Of a stretch of DNA of 64,000 nt, positions 39,970 to 49,346 are shown in pieces. A program made the position numbers and the translations under genes. This DNA is from Limisphaerales bacterium (GTDB lineage Bacteria; Verrucomicrobiota; Verrucomicrobiia; Limisphaerales; JAJOIW01), in assembly GCA_965657355.1 (NCBI GenBank), contig CBFHOE010000009.1, positions 32,001-96,000 of the forward strand, in the 5' to 3' direction. The notes beneath the pieces were generated by a model, which saw only the letters and a list, made by a program, of their open reading frames with translations, did no database searches and was not told the DNA's origin. Position 1 is the stretch's first letter. Each line of letters opens with the position of its first letter.

Positions 39970-42900
39970 CTAACGAAGGTAGATAAATTCATTTAGGCGG
40001 AAAAAAGTATGACACATATCACGCCAAACTTTGATGTCTGATTGAGGCACCTCATGGAGCTCTGATAGCTCGCGGATTGTATTTAAGGCTAGTTCGAGTT
40101 CTTTTGAGCTGGGTTTTCTGGCAAAGGCCTGAAGGTAGATAAATTCAATTTTCTCCCTGATTTGAGATGCTGAAAAATAACCATTCACATACTTGGCCCA
40201 CTCCTCAGCCTGTTGGTAAACAAATTTGTCGTTCATCATAGCGAGTAATTGGGCGGGAACATTTGTGACATTACGTCTACCAACTGTGCTAAACGGAATA
40301 GGTGTATCAAAGGCCAGCATCATTGTGGGAAGGAAGTTTCTGCGGACCGAGGTATAAATACTTCGACGTCCTTCCCCGTCAAGCGGGCCACTCTTTCCTG
40401 GCCGACCGCGGCCTACGACGAATTCGGTCAAATGCACCGGGACCGGTCGACCATAAACTTTAGAATCCAGTCGCCCTGAAACAGCTAAAACAGAATCCCT
40501 GATCACTTCGGCTTCCAACCTTCTCACTGGCATTCTGTGAAGAAGCTGGTTTTTGGGGTCGACTGATTCGGCGCGCTCATCATTTGGCTGGCTCGACATA
40601 GCAAAAGTCTCAGACAGAACAAGTCGACGAATCATAGACTTGATCGACCATTGGTCCTCGTGCATGAAAGTCCACGCGAGATGGTCTAGTAGCTCTGGGT
40701 GGGTCGGTCGCTCACCAAGCCATCCAAAATTATCAACCGAAGATACAATGCCACGTCCAAATATGTGGTGCCAAATTCGGTTCACAAAAACCCTAGAAAC
40801 AAGTGGGTTGTCACGGGATACTAAAGCTTCCGCCAGTGCTAAACGACCACTTCCATTTTTCGGAGTATCGAGCTGAACACCAAAAGCGGAAGGCAATCCA
40901 CGCTTTGCGATGCCTTTAGGTCTTTGATATTTACCTCGACCCAGAACGTATTCATTTATTCCGTTCCCATCGCTCAGTGAGATAGCTGTGAAGGATTCCT
41001 TTTGAATTTGATTTTGGAGCTGAAAACGAGACTTATGGTAAACATTTAGTATTTCTTTATTTTTCTTCATCCAATCGTTCGGGGCATTTTGGTATAGCGC
41101 GCTGAATTTATTGATGGCCCGATTCAAGGCTTGTGCCTGGCTTGTTGAAATAGATTTGCCCGATGTGAGCTGGCCAAAAATTTCAAAAATGTCTAGTGAT
41201 GGAGATTTGAAATTTATCTGGTCCACAGGACCGTCAACTATCGCCCAAACTTTCAAATCTTTATCGGCAACAGGGCCGAATTCAAGATGAACTCGGTGGC
41301 CCTTATATTCACTGAGATTGTAGACAACCCACTTTTTCTCATTTGTCTTAAGAACTTTAATAAGCTTCCCATGAAGCGGACCAGCTAACATTAAATGCGT
41401 ATCCACTCCCGCATAAATTTTTGCTTCGCCTTGCATTAGAATGTGAATGCGCCCATCAGATACCGTAAAAGTTGGAGATTGAATCGCACCAGCCGAGCGC
41501 CCGATGGCGTCTAAATTCCCAGAATCCGCTTGATTTCCAGATCGCAATTTTAAGCCGTTCCAAAAAGGATCACGAGCTGCGTGACCAGATTCAGCCAAAC
41601 GAAAGGACAAGGCTTGGGCAGATCTGGGTAGTATCACCTGGCCCGCCGGAATAGCTTTCCGACCAAATAGCAGCCCTGTTCCGAACCACTCAGTTCTAGG
41701 ATCATCAAAGTTTATGACGACTTTGCTTCCCTGCTGAGGTTCCCAGGCATTGATGCCATTTTTATTTGGAGAATCCGATGGATTTTTTTCCAAATTATTC
41801 ATGAAAGTCTCGAGATTCGTCATCAATTGGACTCGGGTCTTATTGCGCAAAGATTCGAGCTTATTTGAAATATTTTGATTATGTTCGATTGATTCAAAGC
41901 GCACCTGCCGGAACCGGGAGCTCAGGATATATCCCGTAAGGCTGTAGTAGTCCTTTTGAGAGATAGCATCAAATTTATGGTCATGACATCGGGCACAGGC
42001 AACAGTTAGTCCAAGAAATGTTTTACTTAACACATCGACCTTGTTATCAGTGCGATCATTTTCATCCTGACGAATGTCTACCGGAGAATGAACTTCCTCT
42101 CCGAAAAAGGGCCAGCCAGTAGCCAAAACCGACTCATTGGCTCCTGTCTGTGGATGTAGCCTGGGCTGCTGGATCAAGTCGCCAGCCAGATGCTCAGTTA
42201 GAAAGACGTCATAGGGAACATCATTGTTAAAGGCACGGATGAGGTAATCTCGATAATGCCATGCATTGGCGATGGAAAAATCACTTTCATGCCCTCGAGA
42301 TTCCGCATATCGAACCAAATCCATCCAATGTCGTGCCCACCTCTCCCCGAAATGTGGAGAATCCAGCAAAGCATCGACCACAGATTCTTTCCTTACCGAA
42401 GGGTCAGCTTTTAAAAAATCTTGAATCTCAGTTGGAGTCGGAGGCAATCCAGTGATAGCGAAATGAACGCGTCTGAGCCAAACCTCCGGGGCAGCCTGAT
42501 TCGCTGGTTTCAACCCAGCTTCTTCAAGCTTTTTGATTACAAAAAAATCGATCTCAGAGGTCGGCCATCCTGAAAACTTAACCCCTGGTAGCCGATATCG
42601 GGTTGGTTTGCTCCAGATCCAAGGTAATCTGTTGATCCTTTCTTTAATATCGAATTTTGTCGATGCCCCGGAGGGAAGTGGTTCATCCGGCCATACAGCA
42701 CCATCGGTAATCCATTGATAGAGAGCATCGATTTCATATTGTTGCAGCTTCTCCTTCTCGTAAGGCATCATTAAATCTTCAGATTTATGCGCAACTGCTT
42801 TATATAAATTAGACTCCTCTGGTTTGCCAGGAATGAGTATCGGCCCAAAGTCTCCCACCTGATTGATAAAATTGATATGATCTAAACGGATACCAGATTC

Positions 42901-43065
42901 CTGTTTTTGGCTACCGTGACACTCGAAGCAATTTTGAGACAATACAGGGCGGACATGCTTCTCAAAATACTCCAGTTTTTCCGGTTCATCAGCTGCCAAA
43001 GTCAAAGCGGACAAAACAGCCACCACTAGCAACCGAATCATGAGGATGTGCTCTTTGTTCGTCAT
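39970..43065 (-). CDS. PSD1 / planctomycete cytochrome c protein (DUF1549 + DUF1553)
   Basis: FEKHVRPVLSQNCFECH, GLPPTP, GERWARHWMDLVRYAES, GLTVACARCHDHKFD, RVFVNRIWHHIFGRGIV, PTHPELLD, RRLEAEVIRD; start may be 43041. Confidence 0.94.
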   Translation of the reverse strand: MTNKEHILMIRLLVVAVLSALTLAADEPEKLEYFEKHVRPVLSQNCFECHGSQKQESGIRLDHINFINQVGDFGPILIPGKPEESNLYKAVAHKSEDLMMPYEKEKLQQYEIDALYQWITDGAVWPDEPLPSGASTKFDIKERINRLPWIWSKPTRYRLPGVKFSGWPTSEIDFFVIKKLEEAGLKPANQAAPEVWLRRVHFAITGLPPTPTEIQDFLKADPSVRKESVVDALLDSPHFGERWARHWMDLVRYAESRGHESDFSIANAWHYRDYLIRAFNNDVPYDVFLTEHLAGDLIQQPRLHPQTGANESVLATGWPFFGEEVHSPVDIRQDENDRTDNKVDVLSKTFLGLTVACARCHDHKFDAISQKDYYSLTGYILSSRFRQVRFESIEHNQNISNKLESLRNKTRVQLMTNLETFMNNLEKNPSDSPNKNGINAWEPQQGSKVVINFDDPRTEWFGTGLLFGRKAIPAGQVILPRSAQALSFRLAESGHAARDPFWNGLKLRSGNQADSGNLDAIGRSAGAIQSPTFTVSDGRIHILMQGEAKIYAGVDTHLMLAGPLHGKLIKVLKTNEKKWVVYNLSEYKGHRVHLEFGPVADKDLKVWAIVDGPVDQINFKSPSLDIFEIFGQLTSGKSISTSQAQALNRAINKFSALYQNAPNDWMKKNKEILNVYHKSRFQLQNQIQKESFTAISLSDGNGINEYVLGRGKYQRPKGIAKRGLPSAFGVQLDTPKNGSGRLALAEALVSRDNPLVSRVFVNRIWHHIFGRGIVSSVDNFGWLGERPTHPELLDHLAWTFMHEDQWSIKSMIRRLVLSETFAMSSQPNDERAESVDPKNQLLHRMPVRRLEAEVIRDSVLAVSGRLDSKVYGRPVPVHLTEFVVGRGRPGKSGPLDGEGRRSIYTSVRRNFLPTMMLAFDTPIPFSTVGRRNVTNVPAQLLAMMNDKFVYQQAEEWAKYVNGYFSASQIREKIEFIYLQAFARKPSSKELELALNTIRELSELHEVPQSDIKVWRDMCHTFFRLNEFIYLR

Positions 43066-43460
43066 AGCTTAATATTAAAACCATGTCAGAAAAATCTGAA
43101 ATTCACAAGGTTTGCATGCCACCAGTTTCCAGCAGTATCATCGAATTAGAAATTGAGGTAAAAAAATAACACTTTTATTTTAGAGAGGTATTTTCATCAA
43201 TCAGCGACTCCGACGAACGAACGCAGAATATATAGGCCATACCACTTGTCTGTGATATGAAATGGATATACTTAATGCGATTCAAAGGCTGTCAAAAATC
43301 CAATTAAAGTCGGGATCAAATTTCTCAATTTTTTAAATTATTAATCGAGAATCACAGGCATTGGTCAACGCCATATTCCATGCTCTTTTTGTCGAGAGGC
43401 CCGGGGGATAGAAATTCGACAAGAGGTTTCGGTAACGATCAGGACAAGATATAATCTTAT

Positions 43461-45893
43461 TTACTCAGGTTTATATCCCCGCCACATCCAAACCAAAGTG
43501 TCGGCAAGGGTATGTTCGAAAATTCTTTTGTCACAGTGCCTGGACGATTTCGAGTAGACAAAGCGGTAGTCATACCCTTTTGATTTTAAATCCGCGGCGG
43601 CTTGGAAATTCGCTTTCACCCAATTGTGGTATCCTGTAGTTCTCTTATACCCATTATCAAATTCAGAAACGTGAGTGAAAATTCTTAAAGGTTTCTTTTT
43701 TGTATTTTTTATAAGTTCTAACCCGTCATGGTATTCCCATGCTCCTAATGGAAATTGGTCTTCTTCTGGAGCGTCGTCATCTTGCTGATCCACAAAAGTT
43801 CCGGAGTAAGTAATGATTCTTCTAAATAAGTCTGGTCGAAACCACCCCATAGACAAAGCAGCGGCACCACCAGAGCTACACCCCATAGCTGCCCTTCCCC
43901 AAGGATTATTTGTGAACGAAATGTGAGGGTAATCATTTTTAATATCCGGATTGGAGAGAACGGCAGGTAATACTTCCCCATTAATAAAACGAGCTAACCG
44001 ATCAGACATGGTGTCGTATTCCAGCCCTCTCTGACTTCCCTTACTGTCATTGCCGCCGTTCTGGACGGATATGACGATAAATGGGGGCAATTTCCGAGCA
44101 GAGCTCTTTGAAATAGTTAAATTATCTAATGCATTTTTCACCAAACCTAACCCACCAGGTCCATCGTGCATGACCAGAATGGGAGCTTTGTCACCGTCTT
44201 TGTATTGATCTGGCACATAGACAAATATCTTCCTTTCTTTCCTGACTGGCTTCCTGTCTAAATCGAGTGTGACATCATCACCCCGAAAAATTTTGCTATC
44301 TGACAATTTCATAGAAAACTCATAACTTTTACCTTTCGGGTTTCCTCTGTCAGTCAAATCAGGGTCAATGGAATAATTTGGTCCTATAACAAAATCGCCA
44401 TTACCTTTTTTGCCTGGAGACTCCTTGTATGTATTTTTCTTGCGCTGTTTTCTCCTTTTAGTGGCTTCAGCCTGTTTTTGAGCGACATAAGCATACCCAA
44501 TGGCGGGATTGCTTCTTTGAACAAAGGCTTCGTGGGCATGATCATTGGAATCTCGCATGTATTGATCCATGGAATCTCGCATCTCACTTAATGTGCTTTG
44601 ATATCGAGATGTCCCCACTAGGTTATTTAAGCAATCCGGATCAGCAGAGATATCATAGAGTTCTTCGATTACTCGGTGATTGAAAAAATCCAGTCGTTTG
44701 GCTATTGCAGGATCAGTTTTTGCCATTGCTTTCATTGTTCGATAAGTTGCTGTTCCAGTCGTTGCAGTTTTAAAGACATTTTTTCCATCAGACCATGGAT
44801 TCCAGATGTAGAGATACCGACTAGTTTGAACAGCCCTCATCGGATGACGACGGCTTCCAGAATTCTCATTGTAAACCTTAAAAACACTTGTCTTATTATC
44901 TTGCTTCTTTCCTCTCACAGCATCGGCAAAACTAGAACCATCGAATTGATCTTGAGGCCGTGGAAGACCAAGTAAATCTAGAAAAGTAGGCACAAAGTCA
45001 ACTGCGGAAACAACATGAAGCCGATCAATTGTATTGGGGCGTGTCACCCCTGGAACTCGAATCATCAACGGGGTCCTTGTTGAATGATGCCATAACGCTG
45101 TTTTGGCAAATGGCAAAGGCATACCGTGATCCGATAAAAATACGACAATAGTTTCACGACTTAGCCCGGAGTCGTTGAGTGCTTTTAATACGTGCCCGAC
45201 CGCATCATCTGCACGCCTGACCGAAGTATAATAAAGTGCTAACTCTTCTCGTACTTCAGGGTGATCAAACAAAAAACCTGGTATGGTTACTTCTTCAGCA
45301 TGAAACACCCTCGATGACTTGTGTTTATCATTCTGCTTCCAAAAGGGTTTGTGAGGGTCTGAAATATTTATATTAAGGTAAAATGGCCTCCCCAACTCTT
45401 TTGCTTTTTGAATGCCTTTAGCTGTTGATATACCGTATGAAGCAGCATCTTTGATATGATATTTTTCACCATTTGCTCGTATGGTGAGATTACGATCCCA
45501 TGCAGGGTATGGGTTGTATGGAGTTGTGTGCGAAACCTTACCTCTGATTCCGGTATAGTATCCAGCTTTTACCAAGAGGTCCGCCAGCGTGGGGTAGCTA
45601 TTTCGAACATGGTAAAATCCTTCGGCCATGTTGTTGTGCGGATACAAACCGGAAAACATAACGTTGCGGCTGGGAAAACAATTGCCTACTTGAACATGAG
45701 CGTGCTCGAAGCGCAGGGCGGTCTGGGCGAACTTATCCATATGAGGAGTCGTATCTTTTAACTCTGCCCCATATATACCTACAGAATCACACGACATATC
45801 ATCTACAGTAATAATCAAAAGATTCGGAGTTTTTGAATAAACCACAAACACTTGTATGATCAGGATAATGCTAAGCAAAAAAGGATTTTTCAT
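43461..45893 (-). CDS. Sulfatase (sulfamidase-like) fused to a C-terminal alpha/beta-hydrolase esterase
   Basis: N-half: PNLLIITVDDM, NCFPSRN, DPHKPF, LSDHGMPLPFAK. C-half (from about aa 500): RKIFVYVPDQY, QRGLEYD, MGCSSGG (GxSxG), SGTFV. Confidence 0.9.
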   Translation of the reverse strand: MKNPFLLSIILIIQVFVVYSKTPNLLIITVDDMSCDSVGIYGAELKDTTPHMDKFAQTALRFEHAHVQVGNCFPSRNVMFSGLYPHNNMAEGFYHVRNSYPTLADLLVKAGYYTGIRGKVSHTTPYNPYPAWDRNLTIRANGEKYHIKDAASYGISTAKGIQKAKELGRPFYLNINISDPHKPFWKQNDKHKSSRVFHAEEVTIPGFLFDHPEVREELALYYTSVRRADDAVGHVLKALNDSGLSRETIVVFLSDHGMPLPFAKTALWHHSTRTPLMIRVPGVTRPNTIDRLHVVSAVDFVPTFLDLLGLPRPQDQFDGSSFADAVRGKKQDNKTSVFKVYNENSGSRRHPMRAVQTSRYLYIWNPWSDGKNVFKTATTGTATYRTMKAMAKTDPAIAKRLDFFNHRVIEELYDISADPDCLNNLVGTSRYQSTLSEMRDSMDQYMRDSNDHAHEAFVQRSNPAIGYAYVAQKQAEATKRRKQRKKNTYKESPGKKGNGDFVIGPNYSIDPDLTDRGNPKGKSYEFSMKLSDSKIFRGDDVTLDLDRKPVRKERKIFVYVPDQYKDGDKAPILVMHDGPGGLGLVKNALDNLTISKSSARKLPPFIVISVQNGGNDSKGSQRGLEYDTMSDRLARFINGEVLPAVLSNPDIKNDYPHISFTNNPWGRAAMGCSSGGAAALSMGWFRPDLFRRIITYSGTFVDQQDDDAPEEDQFPLGAWEYHDGLELIKNTKKKPLRIFTHVSEFDNGYKRTTGYHNWVKANFQAAADLKSKGYDYRFVYSKSSRHCDKRIFEHTLADTLVWMWRGYKPE

Positions 45894-46391
45894 GAAGTTC
45901 CCTCAAAATATCCACCTCCTGAAAAACAATCAACAAGTATTACGCATCGATAGTACACTAATGTTCGGATTAAGTGGGTGACACGTTGTTCATTACCGGT
46001 TTCAACTTCAACTCACAACAAAAGGAATCAAAACGTCTATAAAATTTGTTAAAATTTCTTCACATATTGGTTGGCTCCTGTACTCACTCCAATTAAAGTA
46101 ATAGTTGGATGTTATCTAAAGTAAAACTCTGCCTATTTAGGATGCCAATGCATAGTCTCAAACCGAAAACTAACTTAATGCAAGAAACAGGGTCCACTAA
46201 ATAAAAAAATAAGCCTCATTGGCAACTCGCAACTATGTGTGTTGGGCTTCGCCAAGGCCAAGAATGAAAGCCCTAAACCTTTTGAGTCTGTTCAAGGACA
46301 ATCCCTCTCGACGTAAAAACATTAAAAACTTGAAGCCAGTTTTACTTTTCATCTTAAATCAAAATCATTGAGCAAAATATTATTAAAAAGC

Positions 46392-49199
46392 ATGAATTAC
46401 ATCACATATGCCTTAGTCGTTATACTTTCTATAAATATTGGATCTGCTCAGAATAAAGATCTTAACATTGCCAAACCGTCCCAGCATCCGTACGTACATC
46501 CCGAGGGAAATCGGGAGCTTCATAGTTATGCTTTCGAAAAAGTCAATGAAGCTCGCGTCTATGATTTTTATTCTCGGCAAGCTGATTATTATTTAGAGCA
46601 AAAAAACATCCCGGAGATTTTACCCGCTTTTCCGGGCCTGGACGCCGGGCAACATGGTCATTGGGGAAAATACAATCAAAATAATCATAATGACGGTCGG
46701 TGGAATAATATAAAAAAGGGGACAGTCTTCGCTCAAGTCTTTCGTGATGAAAATTATACGATAGAGAAAGGTGTCAGTCTGGGATTTCCTGTTGGTGCCA
46801 AAAATTTCCTAAGCACTTGTTTTGACCCTGCGACAGGTACTTACTCGGTGGTCTGGCAAGATGGTTTCATAAACATTCATCCTTATCGGTGGGGTTCATC
46901 GAGAAATGCAAGTCCCAAAGGAGATATATGGTTTCAGGACAGAGGCAACTGGAACAAGAAAATCAAATACCACGGGTATTCCAGAAATGGTAAAAATGTC
47001 GTTTTTGATTACGAAATTGGTGAAGCTCGAATTCTTGATTTTCCATGCGCCGATCAGTCAGCAGGAGAGCCCATCTTTACTCGCACACTCGAATTTCAAT
47101 CGAATGCTTCAGGATTAAAAGTTTGGCTTGGCCCAACAGAACTTTCCATGGAATTAAAAATCAAAGGCCAATCCGATGCAAAAATAATAAAAGAGGACGA
47201 TTCTTTATACCTGGTTATAGAAAAAGCTAATAAAGGCGATGTCCTGCTTCTAGCTATGGCAAAGAAGGTAGCGAAAGGAATACTTTTATCAAAACTGAGT
47301 GATTACAAAACATTACCATCTGAGCTTGTCAAACCGAGCTCTCCGGTTTGGCCTGAATATATTCAAGTTAAGGGATCTTTAGGAAAGCTCAGAGAAAACG
47401 CTTCATACGTCGTCGACACAATACACCCTCCATTAGAAAATCCATACAAAACAGTAATGCAACTCACTGGGATAGACTTCCTGAGAAATGGAGATGCTTT
47501 AATCACTGTTCTTTGCGGTGAAGTTTGGAAGGTCTCAGGTCTTGATGGGGATCTTGATAATGTCACCTGGAAAAGATTTGCCACAGGCCTAAACCAGCCT
47601 ATTGGAATCCATATTGATAACGATGGAGTTTTTGTTCTCTGTCGTGATCAAATAACAAGATTACATGATCTTAATGGTGACGATGAAGCCGATCGTTATG
47701 AATGCTATACCAATGATTTTGGCGGGTATGACAGGAGTCACACCCATGTTTTTGGACTTCATAGAGCCAGCGATGGTTCCTTCTCATTTGTCAGGAGGGA
47801 GCAATTGGTAAGAACTTCTCCAGACCCTGAGAGAAAAACGACCGAAATCGCTTATGGGGTTAGGAATTGCATGGGCGTAGGAGGAGCTCCTGACGGACCA
47901 TTTCTCGTTGCTCCTCAAGAGGGAACATGGACACCAACATCTGCCATACTTGAGGTCACAAAAAATGCCTTTTTTGGACTTCCCGGAAATAGAAAAGATG
48001 ATGCAAGGTTTAGCCCTGCTTCTATTGCTGCACCGCTTTGCTTTGTTCCACGAGGAGTCGACAACTCTACTGGAGGCATGGTCTATGTTGATTCGGACAA
48101 ATGGGGGCCTTTCTCAGGAAGCTTTGTGGGACTCTCCTACGGATATGGCCAGCACTATCTCATTCTTCGAAATACGGAGGGATCCGCTCCTCAGGGCGGA
48201 ATTGTCCCGTTGGAAGGCGAGTTTGCCGCAGGTGTGATGAGAGGAGCTTTTCACCCAAGTGATGGACAACTCTACACTGTAGGCCTTGATGGGTGGGGAG
48301 ACTATTCAACTCAAGATGGTTGCTTCCACCGCGTCAGATACACTGGACGGCAAGTCTTTAAGCCAACAAATTTCTATTGTTACTCGAATGGTATAAGGAT
48401 TGATTTCCCTGTAGGTATCAACTCCGAAAACCTCAGCCTAGAAAACTTTTTTGTCCAACAATGGAATTACGAGTATTCGACTCAATATGGATCTCCAGAA
48501 TATTCAGTCAATGACCCGTCTTCACTTGGACATGATAGACTCAAAGTTACTAAAGCGATTGTATCGAAAGACGGCCGCTCGCTGTTCCTGGAGTTACCCG
48601 ATATTTTGCCGGTCATGCAACTTCATGTTCGTATGCATTTAAAATCAACTACGGGAAAAGTATTTTCCTCAGATTTGTTTACAACAGTGAAGGAACTTCG
48701 CAAAAAATGGGTTTCCCATGATGAATACGAAGATTCCCCATTACAAAATCTAGCTTTAAGAATCAAATGGTCAGGGCGGCAGCAGCCCATTACTGAAACC
48801 GGAAAAAGAAAAAAGAATGAAAGAAAAATCACCATCAATGCTATCTCAGGTCTGCAATATAAACAAAAACTCATAGAAGTAAAATCAGGTGAATCGCTTG
48901 CTCTGAATTTTATTAATTCAGACGCAATGCCCCACAATGTCGTCTTTGTAAAAAAGGGGTATGTAAAAAAAGTAGGTGAAGCTTCATTCAAAATGCTCAA
49001 TGATCCAAACGCAGCGAAAAAGCATTACGTTCCAAATATGTCTGAACTTGTAATTGCTAACACACACGTGATCAACCCGGGGAATACGCACATCCTCCAT
49101 TTCACGGCCCCCACTGAACCAGGCGACCACCATTTTGTTTGCACTTTCCCAGGCCACTGGATGACGATGCAAGGGGTCCTCAGGGTCCAGGAGAATTGA
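46392..49199 (+). CDS. DUF6797-like + beta-propeller + C-terminal cupredoxin (azurin/auracyanin-like) protein
   Basis: Signal peptide; GIDFLRNGDAL..GEVW..WKRFATGLNQPIG..LHDLNGDDEADRYE, QEGTWTP; type-1 Cu ligands PHNVV..CTFPGHWMTM. Confidence 0.85.
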   Translation: MNYITYALVVILSINIGSAQNKDLNIAKPSQHPYVHPEGNRELHSYAFEKVNEARVYDFYSRQADYYLEQKNIPEILPAFPGLDAGQHGHWGKYNQNNHNDGRWNNIKKGTVFAQVFRDENYTIEKGVSLGFPVGAKNFLSTCFDPATGTYSVVWQDGFINIHPYRWGSSRNASPKGDIWFQDRGNWNKKIKYHGYSRNGKNVVFDYEIGEARILDFPCADQSAGEPIFTRTLEFQSNASGLKVWLGPTELSMELKIKGQSDAKIIKEDDSLYLVIEKANKGDVLLLAMAKKVAKGILLSKLSDYKTLPSELVKPSSPVWPEYIQVKGSLGKLRENASYVVDTIHPPLENPYKTVMQLTGIDFLRNGDALITVLCGEVWKVSGLDGDLDNVTWKRFATGLNQPIGIHIDNDGVFVLCRDQITRLHDLNGDDEADRYECYTNDFGGYDRSHTHVFGLHRASDGSFSFVRREQLVRTSPDPERKTTEIAYGVRNCMGVGGAPDGPFLVAPQEGTWTPTSAILEVTKNAFFGLPGNRKDDARFSPASIAAPLCFVPRGVDNSTGGMVYVDSDKWGPFSGSFVGLSYGYGQHYLILRNTEGSAPQGGIVPLEGEFAAGVMRGAFHPSDGQLYTVGLDGWGDYSTQDGCFHRVRYTGRQVFKPTNFYCYSNGIRIDFPVGINSENLSLENFFVQQWNYEYSTQYGSPEYSVNDPSSLGHDRLKVTKAIVSKDGRSLFLELPDILPVMQLHVRMHLKSTTGKVFSSDLFTTVKELRKKWVSHDEYEDSPLQNLALRIKWSGRQQPITETGKRKKNERKITINAISGLQYKQKLIEVKSGESLALNFINSDAMPHNVVFVKKGYVKKVGEASFKMLNDPNAAKKHYVPNMSELVIANTHVINPGNTHILHFTAPTEPGDHHFVCTFPGHWMTMQGVLRVQEN

Positions 49200-49346
49200 C
49201 CGTTTAGTGATTTACAAAATTTAAGCTTGGCTCCCTATTTGTTACGATAGAAGAAACATCTATCTTATTAATCAGGTTAGGCAGCACTTAGTTTGATGTC
49301 TGTGGGGAAGCAATCGCATTTTTGCCATTCTCGAGCTCTCACCTTA

